DNA from: Escherichia phage vB_EcoM_G17
Sequence record: MK327931.1
Strand: one strand, 5' to 3'
Length of the DNA: 64,000 nucleotides
The position numbers were made by a program, and so were the translations under genes. The notes below the pieces were generated by a model that searched no databases, was not told where the DNA came from, and saw only the letters and a program-made list of their open reading frames with translations. This document shows positions 18,062-27,222 of the stretch, piece by piece (position 1 is the first letter of the stretch; every line of letters begins with the position of its first letter).

Positions 18062-18343
18062 TTACCCCAATATATATTCAGAGAGTAATGTATTAGCTTC
18101 ATCTTTGTTCTTAAGGTAATACATGTAATATAGATTCGGTTCACCATCTTTAGCACTCAAATCGAAGTACTTTAAACTATGTACTTTCATAGTAAAAACA
18201 AATAATGACTTAAAACCAATCTCACCGTACTTAATAAACAGTTCATCCAAATGAATGTAACTTTTTGATTTGGATAATTCTTTAACGTCTGCATCAATTT
18301 CAGATAAAAGATGCTTACCTATTAAGTTTTCAAATGAACGCAT
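18062..18343 (-). CDS. hypothetical protein (93 aa)
   Basis: ORF in array. Confidence 0.5.
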   Translation of the reverse strand: MRSFENLIGKHLLSEIDADVKELSKSKSYIHLDELFIKYGEIGFKSLFVFTMKVHSLKYFDLSAKDGEPNLYYMYYLKNKDEANTLLSEYILG

Positions 18344-18404
18344 GATTTTATCCTTTACCGCAATTTTTATGGTTTATTAAGAATACATCAGAACATCAGT
18401 TCTG

Positions 18405-19079
18405 TCAATAAAAAACTGGATCTTCTTCAGTAATTGGTATTTCTCTACGCACATCACACGAAAGAGGATCAGTAATGAATACATTCCCATCTTTATCCAT
18501 CATCACATTACTTGAATGAATGTCTGGTACAAAACGCCCGTGAAACTCTTTCATGATGTTAGCAGCGACCGTTGCAATAGCAATCTCTTCAGAATTTCCA
18601 CGCATATCATTCACTGAAGTTGCGTACTGACCAGCATGTGCATACGAATACAAATCTCCAATTTTAGTACTAACAAAGTCATCATAATTATTTTTTTGTT
18701 TAATTATAGGATAGTACTTGTCCATCTCATACCATCCAAAGTTTCCTTGTTCGTTTGCACTGTAGATCACAGGAAGAAACTTGGTTCCTGCGTTTTCAAT
18801 GCAGTACTTTGCATAAGCACGAAAACCATCCCAGCGTGAAGTGGTTACTTTAAATGCACTTCCAGGATAGTTTTTATGTTCAACTACTACAGAGTACATC
18901 CCCATTCCAAGCAAAGTAAGTCCAGCAGCTTTAACTTGTGGAAAGATTACGCGTTCAGCATAAGGAATATCAAACTCCATCGCACAACGAGTTTTTGATG
19001 GACGCAAAATGTCAATTAAAGTTTTGAATATTTCTTGCTTAGTCATTACTTTATCCTCTGTAGTTAATACCAACATCAT
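18405..19079 (-). CDS. Putative atypical kinase-like protein
   Basis: LGMGMYSVVV (Gly-loop-like), AFKV, and DIHSSNVMMDKDGNVFITDP (catalytic-loop/DFG-like); weak, by eye. Confidence 0.35.
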   Translation of the reverse strand: MMLVLTTEDKVMTKQEIFKTLIDILRPSKTRCAMEFDIPYAERVIFPQVKAAGLTLLGMGMYSVVVEHKNYPGSAFKVTTSRWDGFRAYAKYCIENAGTKFLPVIYSANEQGNFGWYEMDKYYPIIKQKNNYDDFVSTKIGDLYSYAHAGQYATSVNDMRGNSEEIAIATVAANIMKEFHGRFVPDIHSSNVMMDKDGNVFITDPLSCDVRREIPITEEDPVFY

Positions 19080-19081
19080 AA

Positions 19082-19112
19082 CAAAAAAGGCTGACCGAAG
19101 TCAACCCTTTTA
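19082..19112 (-). promoter_or_regulatory. PeSL-like stem-loop / terminator (copy 4)
   Basis: aaaaaaggctgaccgaagtcaacccttttatta. Confidence 0.55.
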
Positions 19113-19115
19113 TTA

Positions 19116-19535
19116 TCATTTACAGTTTTCTATAACTATTGCACGTTTTAGTATTTTACTTTCATAAACATACTTAAGATGACCTTCTTCACGAATACGA
19201 TTGAACACATATCCTAGTTTATCTTTTAGTACTGAAGCGGTATCAATGTCAAGATTAACTTCAACCCCTCCTGTTAATTTAACTTTATATGTAAAGCTAA
19301 AAGCATCACCAGATTCAACCAATGGGACTACTTGTTCATACGTATTCAACATAACTCGTTCATCATTAACTAAATTATATATTACTATATCACAAGTTTT
19401 TACCCCAATTTCCTCTAAGGTAGGAGCATTGTCTACTATAACATCTTTTACTGTATTAGCAACCTGTTTAGCATCTGCTGCATATACATTAAAACTAAAA
19501 AGTACTAAAATAATACTTAAAAAAATCTTTTTCAT
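19116..19535 (-). CDS. secreted protein (signal peptide)
   Basis: MKKIFLSIILVLFSFNVYAADA... Confidence 0.6.
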   Translation of the reverse strand: MKKIFLSIILVLFSFNVYAADAKQVANTVKDVIVDNAPTLEEIGVKTCDIVIYNLVNDERVMLNTYEQVVPLVESGDAFSFTYKVKLTGGVEVNLDIDTASVLKDKLGYVFNRIREEGHLKYVYESKILKRAIVIENCK

Positions 19536-19544
19536 TATATATCC

Positions 19545-19874
19545 TTATTTTATTTTACACGTCATATCGGGTTGTGCTGGTTTATTATTTTTAAACGGAT
19601 TAGGTTTTTTATCTTTCTTTTTATCTTTTAAAGGTTTTTTGTCTTCTTTTTTATCTTTATCTTTGTCTTTTTTATTTTTATCAGGTTCAGAGGGAGTATT
19701 ACATTGTGCTGGGGGTTGATTAGTTGGAGTACAGCTATTGTCTGATGGGAGTATTACTTCTTTACAATTGTAAAATAGTAAACTTTTATTTGTGGTTAAA
19801 TTATGAAAACGATAGTTACGTTCATTATTATAATAAATTGTTTTAGTACTTTCAATGTCATTACACATTGCCAC
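19545..19874 (-). CDS. hypothetical Lys/Asp-rich protein (109 aa)
   Basis: KDKDKDKKEDKK low-complexity tail. Confidence 0.5.
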   Translation of the reverse strand: MAMCNDIESTKTIYYNNERNYRFHNLTTNKSLLFYNCKEVILPSDNSCTPTNQPPAQCNTPSEPDKNKKDKDKDKKEDKKPLKDKKKDKKPNPFKNNKPAQPDMTCKIK

Positions 19875-19878
19875 GGAA

Positions 19879-20130
19879 TCACCGAAACTCTTTTTCTATT
19901 CCCATTACATCAGTCTTACGCTCAGATAGTATACCTGAAGTATATGAATCTTTGTTGTCAAACGCATTAAATCCAATAGTTCTGTCGGTGTCGTGTATTA
20001 TTCCTTTTGTGTATGAGGTAGTATAGAACTCCCCATTTCTGAAATCCTGCCTTGCTACGGAGCAATGATAATCTGCACCATAAGCAGTACTGGAAAATAA
20101 TACAATTCCAAATATAATATATTTTTTCAT
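19879..20130 (-). CDS. secreted protein (signal peptide)
   Basis: Start at MKKYIIFGIVLFSSTAYGA (RBS agaggg); the longer track ORF would run through the PeSL element. Confidence 0.55.
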   Translation of the reverse strand: MKKYIIFGIVLFSSTAYGADYHCSVARQDFRNGEFYTTSYTKGIIHDTDRTIGFNAFDNKDSYTSGILSERKTDVMGIEKEFR

Positions 20131-20164
20131 TGTAATCCCTCTTCTTAATTCCTCTTTTGTATTT

Positions 20165-20200
20165 ACAAAAAAAGGCTGACCGAAGTCAACCTTTAGTTTT
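20165..20200 (-). promoter_or_regulatory. PeSL-like stem-loop (copy 5)
   Basis: acaaaaaaaggctgaccgaagtcaaccttt. Confidence 0.55.
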
Positions 20201-20201
20201 A

Positions 20202-21746
20202 TCATTTACCGTATTTGCTCATGATGTCCTTTTCCCAATGAGTTACGTTACCGTTATCGTAATCTTTAAAGGAATTATCAAGAGTAGTTAATGCATATTC
20301 GTATGCTTCAGGTGATTCAATGTCAACATCATCAGCACCATTTACTAAATCAGTCCATGCTTTTTGTAGTTTACGAGCATTTTTACCAACATTACTTTTA
20401 ATCCAACTAATGTTTTTGTTGATACTCTTATTATCAGCACCAGCTTTTTTACCAATATCGGATATCCACATCATTAGCTTTTGGAGTTCATGAATGGAGT
20501 TGTCGTTCATTTCACGATCTTTAGCCAATTCTGCTTCCATGCCATCAGTATCAGTACCATCTTTAGAACCTACATCAATTCCATGTTTAGCTAATAGTTT
20601 ACCAAGTTCAAAGAATGCTGCCTCAGCAGGGAAGTCATAACCTTTGTCTTTGTAGTTGTTCCATGCACTATCAAACTCATCTACAAATCGGTTGGCATAA
20701 TCTGGATTGTCCACGAGAGCTTTGTACACTGCCATTGCATGTTCAAATCCTTCTTTGTCAGAACCAAACTCTCCCATTTCTGGACGATGAATGTAACCAT
20801 CCATATCAACAGTATCAGGTAAATCATCATGAGATGTTTCAGCATCTTTCTGGTCAACTGCACCTTCTTCATCTGCACGAACTAAGTAACCATCTTTTGA
20901 TACTTTCTCACCATGTTCAGCTTCATACTTTTTCATAGTATTGAATGCAGAATTCATAACAGTGATGAATCGAGACTTCTCACCTGGTGAGTAAGAATCT
21001 AATGCTGCTTTAATAGCATCATGTACTAATTGAATCTTATCATCTTTGCCTTCAAGACGATTTTCTAACTTAGCAAGAACATTCTTAACTTGCTGGGCGT
21101 TAGCACGGTCTTCTTTACCTATACGGTTAACAGTATGGAGGATGCTTTCAAGACTTGCTTCTTCAGCAGTCGCTTCTTCTTGTCCTTCAAGTGCACGCAT
21201 GATAGTACTGAATACTTCAGTTGGTTCAGTACTGGTATTTCCACTCATTGCATCAAGTACAGCTTGTGCTTTGACTTTTAATTCTTCTTTAGGTACAGAT
21301 TGCAATTCTTTCACAATACCTTGGATAAGTTGTGGTTTATTAGCAAAAATCTTACCTAACTTATCAGACAATTCTTTGACAGGGTTAACCGCCTTTGGTG
21401 CTTCTTGTTTTGGTTCTTCTTTCGCAGGAGAAGACTTTTCTTTTTCTTCACGTTCCATATCAGCTAGGCGTTGTTTTTGTGTAGCATTAAGAAGTCCCAA
21501 TGAATTAACATAACGTAGCTTTTCTAGCTCAGTCATGTTCTCAGTACTCTTAACTTCACCTGCTTCTGCGTTTGCTTTACCAGCTAGACCAGTTCCTTGG
21601 TTACGTGATCCACGTGAACCTTGACCTGCTTGATAACTATTTGGTCGGCGGTTGCGTTCACTCCATTTATCCGAGTGACCAGCCATGTTACCACCATTTT
21701 TATCAGTAAAATTACTTGGCATTTGATTTCTCTCCATAGATTTCAT
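20202..21746 (-). CDS. hypothetical Lys/Glu-rich protein (514 aa)
   Basis: Basic low-complexity N-terminus, YVNSLGLL motif shared with 21992..22375, acidic C-terminal half. Confidence 0.7.
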   Translation of the reverse strand: MKSMERNQMPSNFTDKNGGNMAGHSDKWSERNRRPNSYQAGQGSRGSRNQGTGLAGKANAEAGEVKSTENMTELEKLRYVNSLGLLNATQKQRLADMEREEKEKSSPAKEEPKQEAPKAVNPVKELSDKLGKIFANKPQLIQGIVKELQSVPKEELKVKAQAVLDAMSGNTSTEPTEVFSTIMRALEGQEEATAEEASLESILHTVNRIGKEDRANAQQVKNVLAKLENRLEGKDDKIQLVHDAIKAALDSYSPGEKSRFITVMNSAFNTMKKYEAEHGEKVSKDGYLVRADEEGAVDQKDAETSHDDLPDTVDMDGYIHRPEMGEFGSDKEGFEHAMAVYKALVDNPDYANRFVDEFDSAWNNYKDKGYDFPAEAAFFELGKLLAKHGIDVGSKDGTDTDGMEAELAKDREMNDNSIHELQKLMMWISDIGKKAGADNKSINKNISWIKSNVGKNARKLQKAWTDLVNGADDVDIESPEAYEYALTTLDNSFKDYDNGNVTHWEKDIMSKYGK

Positions 21747-21774
21747 TTTTTCTCTATGTCTATATTTATAGTAT

Positions 21775-21805
21775 AAAGAAAAGGCTGACCGAAGTCAACC
21801 TTATT
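21775..21805 (-). promoter_or_regulatory. PeSL-like stem-loop (copy 6)
   Basis: aaaaggctgaccgaagtcaacctta. Confidence 0.55.
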
Positions 21806-21808
21806 TTG

Positions 21809-21922
21809 TTACTTAGATTGTTCTTGTGCAGGTGGATTTACTTTTTGATCCACTACATAGAATACACCACCAACCAGTACTGCGGCGATGAGTGCAGCAA
21901 CTACAAATTTCAAACCTTGCAT
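21809..21922 (-). CDS. small membrane protein (37 aa), not in ORF track
   Basis: MQGLKFVVAALIAAVLVGGVFYVVDQK...; RBS gaggta. Confidence 0.35.
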   Translation of the reverse strand: MQGLKFVVAALIAAVLVGGVFYVVDQKVNPPAQEQSK

Positions 21923-21949
21923 ATATGATACCTCAGTTATATTGAGAAG

Positions 21950-21990
21950 TTATGATACAACAAAGGGCTGACCTTAGTCAACCCCTTTTT
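21950..21990 (-). promoter_or_regulatory. PeSL-like stem-loop (copy 7, loop variant)
   Basis: gggctgaccTTAGtcaacccc; minus strand TTGACT-N18-TATCAT. Confidence 0.5.
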
Positions 21991-21991
21991 A

Positions 21992-22375
21992 TTACTTCTT
22001 GAACTTATGTTTTTCACTTTCGATTGCATTCACGATTTCATCATGAATTTTACGAAGATTGTGAGTTTTCTTGAGAGAATCATGCAATGCACGGAATGCA
22101 GAGTGTACAGTTGCTTTAAAGTGCTCTTTAGGAGTTACTTTAAGTTTCTCGATAATATCACGTACATAGATTGGGTGATCTTCAAACACACGGTTTAGCT
22201 CGTGGCCTAGAGACTCTAGACTAAACGCTTTTTCACGTGAAGGACGATCATGTGCAAGACTTTGGTCAGGTTTTAGAAGACCTAGTGAATCTAGATATTT
22301 GTGCTTATGTGCATTGTCTAGACCAGAAATATCAACATCATGGGATGGATCTTTCTTATTCCATTTATCAACCAT
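21992..22375 (-). CDS. hypothetical protein (127 aa), N-terminal paralogue of 20202..21746
   Basis: Shares DKW...KYLDSLGLL motif. Confidence 0.6.
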   Translation of the reverse strand: MVDKWNKKDPSHDVDISGLDNAHKHKYLDSLGLLKPDQSLAHDRPSREKAFSLESLGHELNRVFEDHPIYVRDIIEKLKVTPKEHFKATVHSAFRALHDSLKKTHNLRKIHDEIVNAIESEKHKFKK

Positions 22376-22490
22376 TTTTATAACTCCTATAAGAGATAAA
22401 TTTTACTATAATATTTATAGTTCCTGTGTCATTTATATGAACTGACATAGAAAATTATATCATATTAAAAATGGTTGTCCCAAAGTTAAA

Positions 22491-22964
22491 TCAGTACTGA
22501 TCAAGTTCAGATGTAAAAATGAATGCATCCATGTCTTCCAACGTAAGTTTTAAGTCTGGTACGTACTTAAGAATAACGCACTCTGGCTTCTTAATAGCAG
22601 CTTGATAAGCAGCAATGGCAAGGGATTCCAACTGCTGTGCTGTATAATTTTTACGTTCTGCATTAAAAACTTTGTTTTTGATATCACCACCTGGGAGTTT
22701 TTCAAACTCACGCATAACTGCGGTAAGAACATCGTCAGCAGTGTTACTATATACCCATTGGGGTAATTGCATTACATTATAAATCACACCACTATCATCC
22801 ATCAAAGAGATCCATTTATATCCATCACTCGCACTAAACAAACGCCCTTTTAGTACTGTGTTATTAGTTAAATTTACAAATGCAAAAATATCTTGTTCGT
22901 TAAGTTCAATACTATTAACATTTACCCAACTCATTACGATTCCCCATTCATAAATCACGAACAA
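22491..22964 (-). CDS. hypothetical protein (157 aa)
   Basis: ORF in array. Confidence 0.55.
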   Translation of the reverse strand: MFVIYEWGIVMSWVNVNSIELNEQDIFAFVNLTNNTVLKGRLFSASDGYKWISLMDDSGVIYNVMQLPQWVYSNTADDVLTAVMREFEKLPGGDIKNKVFNAERKNYTAQQLESLAIAAYQAAIKKPECVILKYVPDLKLTLEDMDAFIFTSELDQY

Positions 22965-23544
22965 TATTCATTAAACACAATTTAGGTTTTATAGCATTCA
23001 ACACCCATATGCATTCTTTGTAAGTAGCTATTATATCATCTAAATGCTCAGTTACAATGCTTTCTTGAAAATATTCTTCATCATTGAGCTTTGCTAATTT
23101 AGTAACATCACACGTAGGCACTATAGGTCTGGATTGTACACCCATTCCATTATTGATATTAGTGAAATGTACAAAATGGTACTTCACAACACCTTTATCT
23201 AGATTTACTATACATGACAAGTTTTCCAACTCAGTTAGTTCTTTACTACAAGTAACATTAATGAAACCAGTATTATAGGCTCTATAATCATCTACTGATA
23301 TCTCAAAATCATTACGCTGAAATATAAGTGAAATGAGTTTGTCCAGTGGTTTTACATTCATATATTTTAATGAATTTACGTATGATACTTCAATCTTAGA
23401 TGAAATTATTTTTTTACTAAGTGCAGTCAATTCTTTATTAGATTTACCTGTTAATACTATAGGTTTAAACCTAGAACTCTTATTTTTCTTTGATACTTTA
23501 AAACGACCTTTACGATTCATATTTTCCTCAATTAATAATTTCAC
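22948..23544 (-). CDS. hypothetical protein (198 aa)
   Basis: ORF in array. Confidence 0.55.
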   Translation of the reverse strand: MKLLIEENMNRKGRFKVSKKNKSSRFKPIVLTGKSNKELTALSKKIISSKIEVSYVNSLKYMNVKPLDKLISLIFQRNDFEISVDDYRAYNTGFINVTCSKELTELENLSCIVNLDKGVVKYHFVHFTNINNGMGVQSRPIVPTCDVTKLAKLNDEEYFQESIVTEHLDDIIATYKECIWVLNAIKPKLCLMNIVRDL

Positions 23545-23749
23545 ATTTAACGTGTGGTTTATATAACATAATTAACCCATTTTTAAGTACAATGATTGTT
23601 CCTCGGTCAGTAATAGAAACGTTTTTAATTATACTTTTTTTATATGTTTCAACATATTTCTCTTCGTAATTTATACATTTAACATATTCTTTTTGTTTAG
23701 CACTTACAACAGTACTGAATAATATCAGTACAAGTACTATATATTTCAT
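23528..23749 (-). CDS. small secreted protein (73 aa)
   Basis: MKYIVLVLILFSTVVSA signal peptide. Confidence 0.55.
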   Translation of the reverse strand: MKYIVLVLILFSTVVSAKQKEYVKCINYEEKYVETYKKSIIKNVSITDRGTIIVLKNGLIMLYKPHVKCEIIN

Positions 23750-23801
23750 TACTATACCTTATAAACAAAAAGGAATTCATTTAAGAATTCCTATTTTACA
23801 A

Positions 23802-24095
23802 TCATTTATCTAACATACCATTGTGTAAACGTTCATATACTTCAGTTCGACGCAAATTCACAATATCTTCTGCGTATTTTAATGTAAATGCCCATGCTTT
23901 TGGATGTACGTTAAGCTTCATACGAATTCGATTTTTCATCAACTCTCCACTTAAACGAATAAATTCGTGTACACCACGACTACCGTATTCAGTAATTAAA
24001 TCATTAATGTACATATCACGAAGAGTTTCATCTGCACATTCTTTAACCATTTCTACGTCAGCGACGATGCTTTCATTAACTGAAGTACTGATCAT
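23802..24095 (-). CDS. hypothetical protein (97 aa)
   Basis: ORF in array. Confidence 0.5.
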   Translation of the reverse strand: MISTSVNESIVADVEMVKECADETLRDMYINDLITEYGSRGVHEFIRLSGELMKNRIRMKLNVHPKAWAFTLKYAEDIVNLRRTEVYERLHNGMLDK

Positions 24096-24106
24096 TTTAA
24101 TTTACC

Positions 24107-24373
24107 TTATTTAAATTCGACTGTAATTTTATCACCTTCAACTACGAACTTACAGTTGTAGCGACGTGCCATATCCATGTACATATGCTCAGAGTACCAG
24201 GGAACATCAATAATCGGATGCTCTGCGTATTGTAGAACTTCACGGTCGCCAACTGTAGTGATGACGAAAGAAATGTTCATCTCTCGTAAAAACAGTTCAG
24301 CACCAGGAGAACGATTAATAAATTCAGTATCATTACGTAAAGTAAATCCATTATATTGTAATTTAAGCTTCAT
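24107..24373 (-). CDS. hypothetical protein (88 aa)
   Basis: ORF in array. Confidence 0.5.
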   Translation of the reverse strand: MKLKLQYNGFTLRNDTEFINRSPGAELFLREMNISFVITTVGDREVLQYAEHPIIDVPWYSEHMYMDMARRYNCKFVVEGDKITVEFK

Positions 24374-24387
24374 ATGTTATCCTCTAT

Positions 24388-24732
24388 TCAATACCATTCT
24401 TTAAAACCATTAAGTTCGGCTATGTGAGTAATTATAACACATATAACATTCAGGTCAAGTATAATTTGATCATAATTTAATTTTATACGATCATCATTAT
24501 ATGCCCTAAAGACTACATCGTAATCAAAGAAATTTGCGTTTTCATCATTCATTGAAACGATTCGGTATCTACGTCTTCCATCTGTATTGAATATTGTTAA
24601 ACACTGTTGAAACTTTCTCATTAACTGTTTAGATAGGATATTATAATATTCAATATCTTTTTGTGAATTACGTGGGTCATCAGGAAGATAGAATGAAACA
24701 AATTTCTTTAATTCTATTTGAGTTTTATCCAT
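24388..24732 (-). CDS. hypothetical protein (114 aa)
   Basis: ORF in array. Confidence 0.5.
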   Translation of the reverse strand: MDKTQIELKKFVSFYLPDDPRNSQKDIEYYNILSKQLMRKFQQCLTIFNTDGRRRYRIVSMNDENANFFDYDVVFRAYNDDRIKLNYDQIILDLNVICVIITHIAELNGFKEWY

Positions 24733-25165
24733 ATATTACCTCATGTGTTTCTCTTTTACTTTGTCGGAACTCATCCTTTGCTTCCTTAACTGACATGATA
24801 CGAACTAATTTAGCACTACCGCAATAGTACTGAACCTGATTACGACCAATGTCTACATGGTGGTCTGGAACTTCATATACAGATATAGCAAACCCAGCAC
24901 GATGCAATTTACCTAAGTCCATAGTGAAGAATCTGAACAAATCTTTCAAACTTTGACAGCCAAATACCCATCCACTTTTGATTGAATAGATCCCATCCTC
25001 AGTTGGTTCAGGTTGGAATTGAGAAGGTGTAGTCATGAGCATACGGTCAAATCCATTTTTAGTACTGTATCTGGTTGAATACCGTGCAAACGGACCTACA
25101 GTTCGTGCAGGATCTAAGTTAGGTTCAATGTAACTAAATTTAAGTTCAAAACGATATACATACAT
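24725..25165 (-). CDS. hypothetical protein (146 aa)
   Basis: ORF in array. Confidence 0.55.
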   Translation of the reverse strand: MYVYRFELKFSYIEPNLDPARTVGPFARYSTRYSTKNGFDRMLMTTPSQFQPEPTEDGIYSIKSGWVFGCQSLKDLFRFFTMDLGKLHRAGFAISVYEVPDHHVDIGRNQVQYYCGSAKLVRIMSVKEAKDEFRQSKRETHEVIYG

Positions 25166-25193
25166 AATTAAAATCCTCTAATTTATTAAGAGA

Positions 25194-25230
25194 ATTATAA
25201 CAAAAAAGGCTGACCGAAGTCAACCTTTGT
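25194..25230 (-). promoter_or_regulatory. PeSL-like stem-loop/promoter (copy 8)
   Basis: attataacaaaaaaggctgaccgaagtcaaccttt; overlaps stop of 25220..25411. Confidence 0.55.
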
Positions 25231-25411
25231 TTTGAAGTTCTTGAACTAATTGTCGTACTTCGTTAATATTTTTACACTGCTTTACAGTGAAGTAATCATA
25301 CTTACGACCATAGGTTCTTGGGTCATCACCTTCCATATACTGCTGCACATCAAAGATTTGTAAGTAGGGATGCTGCATAACACGAATATTATCACTTTGA
25401 TAAATCAACAT
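25220..25411 (-). CDS. hypothetical protein (about 63 aa)
   Basis: Start chosen at MLIYQSD to avoid overlap with upstream gene; track gives 25220..25465. Confidence 0.45.
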   Translation of the reverse strand: MLIYQSDNIRVMQHPYLQIFDVQQYMEGDDPRTYGRKYDYFTVKQCKNINEVRQLVQELQNKG

Positions 25412-25415
25412 AATA

Positions 25416-25766
25416 TCAATCCTTATATTTACACAAGCCACCAAAACTAGTTTCTTTAGCACCACGACGCATCATAACTAATTTAGCATATTGTGTGCCA
25501 TTACTATCTTCATATACATCTACTTCAATAAACGCTAAGAAGTTAGGGTCTGTGTCGTTAGAAAACTCAGTGAAGCTAATGTCGCCTACTGTATGCTCTT
25601 TAACAAACGTATATGATTGTCCATCAATATATACAATATCTCGATCGTCACTATCACCTTGATAGATATGTTTAATATTACCATCGGTACAAACTAAACC
25701 TTCCAATGGTTCAGCATATGACAATCCACACATTAACATACATACAAAAAATAAAATAATTTTCAT
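25416..25766 (-). CDS. secreted protein (signal peptide)
   Basis: MKIILFFVCMLMCGLSYAEP. Confidence 0.6.
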   Translation of the reverse strand: MKIILFFVCMLMCGLSYAEPLEGLVCTDGNIKHIYQGDSDDRDIVYIDGQSYTFVKEHTVGDISFTEFSNDTDPNFLAFIEVDVYEDSNGTQYAKLVMMRRGAKETSFGGLCKYKD

Positions 25767-25768
25767 GA

Positions 25769-26146
25769 TTATTTTCCTCCAACGTTAAGTGATTTCTTGT
25801 ACTGATATTCTTTATAAGTACTATACCATATATCACCAACGTAAATCAAGTACCACGTAGCAGGATAAAGAGCCAATCCAGTACTGATATATACGAACTT
25901 TTGGTCAAGGACATCAAATACATACAGAAGGAAAGTTACTCCCATAATGCAAGAACAAATTAACCACAAGTTATAAGCAATCGAATCGCAAGCAAAAATA
26001 GAATCAAGCTTAGAAATTAGGACATATTTGTTTGTTAAAATGAAATGAATTACTGCAACTAAACAATATCCTGCCATAAAAATAGAAATTAAAAAAGACA
26101 GAATAATTGGAATATTCAACAACAAAAGTAAAATAGTGTTTACCAT
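25769..26146 (-). CDS. membrane protein (125 aa)
   Basis: Multiple hydrophobic segments. Confidence 0.55.
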   Translation of the reverse strand: MVNTILLLLLNIPIILSFLISIFMAGYCLVAVIHFILTNKYVLISKLDSIFACDSIAYNLWLICSCIMGVTFLLYVFDVLDQKFVYISTGLALYPATWYLIYVGDIWYSTYKEYQYKKSLNVGGK

Positions 26147-26157
26147 TTTTTTAAGTC

Positions 26158-26517
26158 CTATATTTCACAGTGTAAGTTCAATTTATCTATATCTAGGTCA
26201 CGGCGTACCGATGAGTCCAAGTAAATTACTATATAGATATCACCATTACCAGTTCTTGGGTCTACAATTAATATTACGTTTGCTAATGTACCAGAATCAT
26301 CTCTATAAGTCGAGATTTTTTTATTACCGATAATACTTTCTACTTTAAAACGATAAATCACACCATCAACAACTATATTTTTACCATTTCTAGGGTCGTT
26401 AGTCAATACATGCCACGTTCCCTTAGTACTACGACAATATGTTTCTGCTGCTGCACCATAACTAAAACATGAAAATAATGCACACACAAGTGCTATTAAT
26501 TTTATATAACTCTTCAT
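26158..26517 (-). CDS. secreted protein (signal peptide)
   Basis: MKSYIKLIALVCALFSCFSYGAAA. Confidence 0.6.
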   Translation of the reverse strand: MKSYIKLIALVCALFSCFSYGAAAETYCRSTKGTWHVLTNDPRNGKNIVVDGVIYRFKVESIIGNKKISTYRDDSGTLANVILIVDPRTGNGDIYIVIYLDSSVRRDLDIDKLNLHCEI

Positions 26518-26595
26518 AACAAACCTCTAACGAGAAATACTTCTGTACTATATATATGTACAGAAGTATTTAATACTATAGAGATATTTTCACTG

Positions 26596-26922
26596 TTACA
26601 TCTTATTCGTGAACTTGAATTTGATAATATCAATCCAAATTTTAACATTTCCTGCAAATAGTGCTTTGATTAGCCACATAATTGCAACAAAGTTCTCAAC
26701 TAAATCCAAAGTTTTAACTACTGCACCGAGTGGGAAGATAAAACTCAAAACCCATACAATTACTGAAACCACAACGACTGTATAGAAAATACGCACAATC
26801 GGTGAATCAAGCATAAACAACTCAGAGAACTCTTTTTTATCATTATCATCAGTAATAAAGCATTCGTAAACCAGAAGCCAAATCAGAATTAAAGACGGAA
26901 TTGAAATTAGTACTGATAGCAT
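26596..26922 (-). CDS. membrane protein (108 aa)
   Basis: Hydrophobic segments. Confidence 0.55.
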   Translation of the reverse strand: MLSVLISIPSLILIWLLVYECFITDDNDKKEFSELFMLDSPIVRIFYTVVVVSVIVWVLSFIFPLGAVVKTLDLVENFVAIMWLIKALFAGNVKIWIDIIKFKFTNKM

Positions 26923-26968
26923 ATTTTTTACCTCAAGTTTAAGTGTTAAGTTTCAGACTACAGGAACC

Positions 26969-26996
26969 ATTATACAGTACTACGAACGTTTGTCAA
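26969..26996 (-). promoter_or_regulatory. sigma70-like promoter TTGACA-N16-TATAAT
   Basis: Minus strand: TTGACAaacgttcgtagtactgTATAAT. Confidence 0.55.
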
Positions 26997-27222
26997 CATT
27001 TGTTTCTTCAATAAGCATAAGATAACTTAACACGAAGAGTAATACCGAAATAATATCAATAACTGTAAAGCTCACTGGAATGATAATAGACACCAGTACT
27101 AATGCCACGTTTAGCAAGAATACAGTAGTGAGATCTACCATCGTTCGTCTAGTGGCTAATGCCACTAGTGTAGGATAGAACATAAACAATAGTGCAACAA
27201 CAAAACTTAGTACTAGATACAT
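26980..27222 (-). CDS. small membrane protein (80 aa)
   Basis: Two hydrophobic segments. Confidence 0.5.
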   Translation of the reverse strand: MYLVLSFVVALLFMFYPTLVALATRRTMVDLTTVFLLNVALVLVSIIIPVSFTVIDIISVLLFVLSYLMLIEETNVDKRS

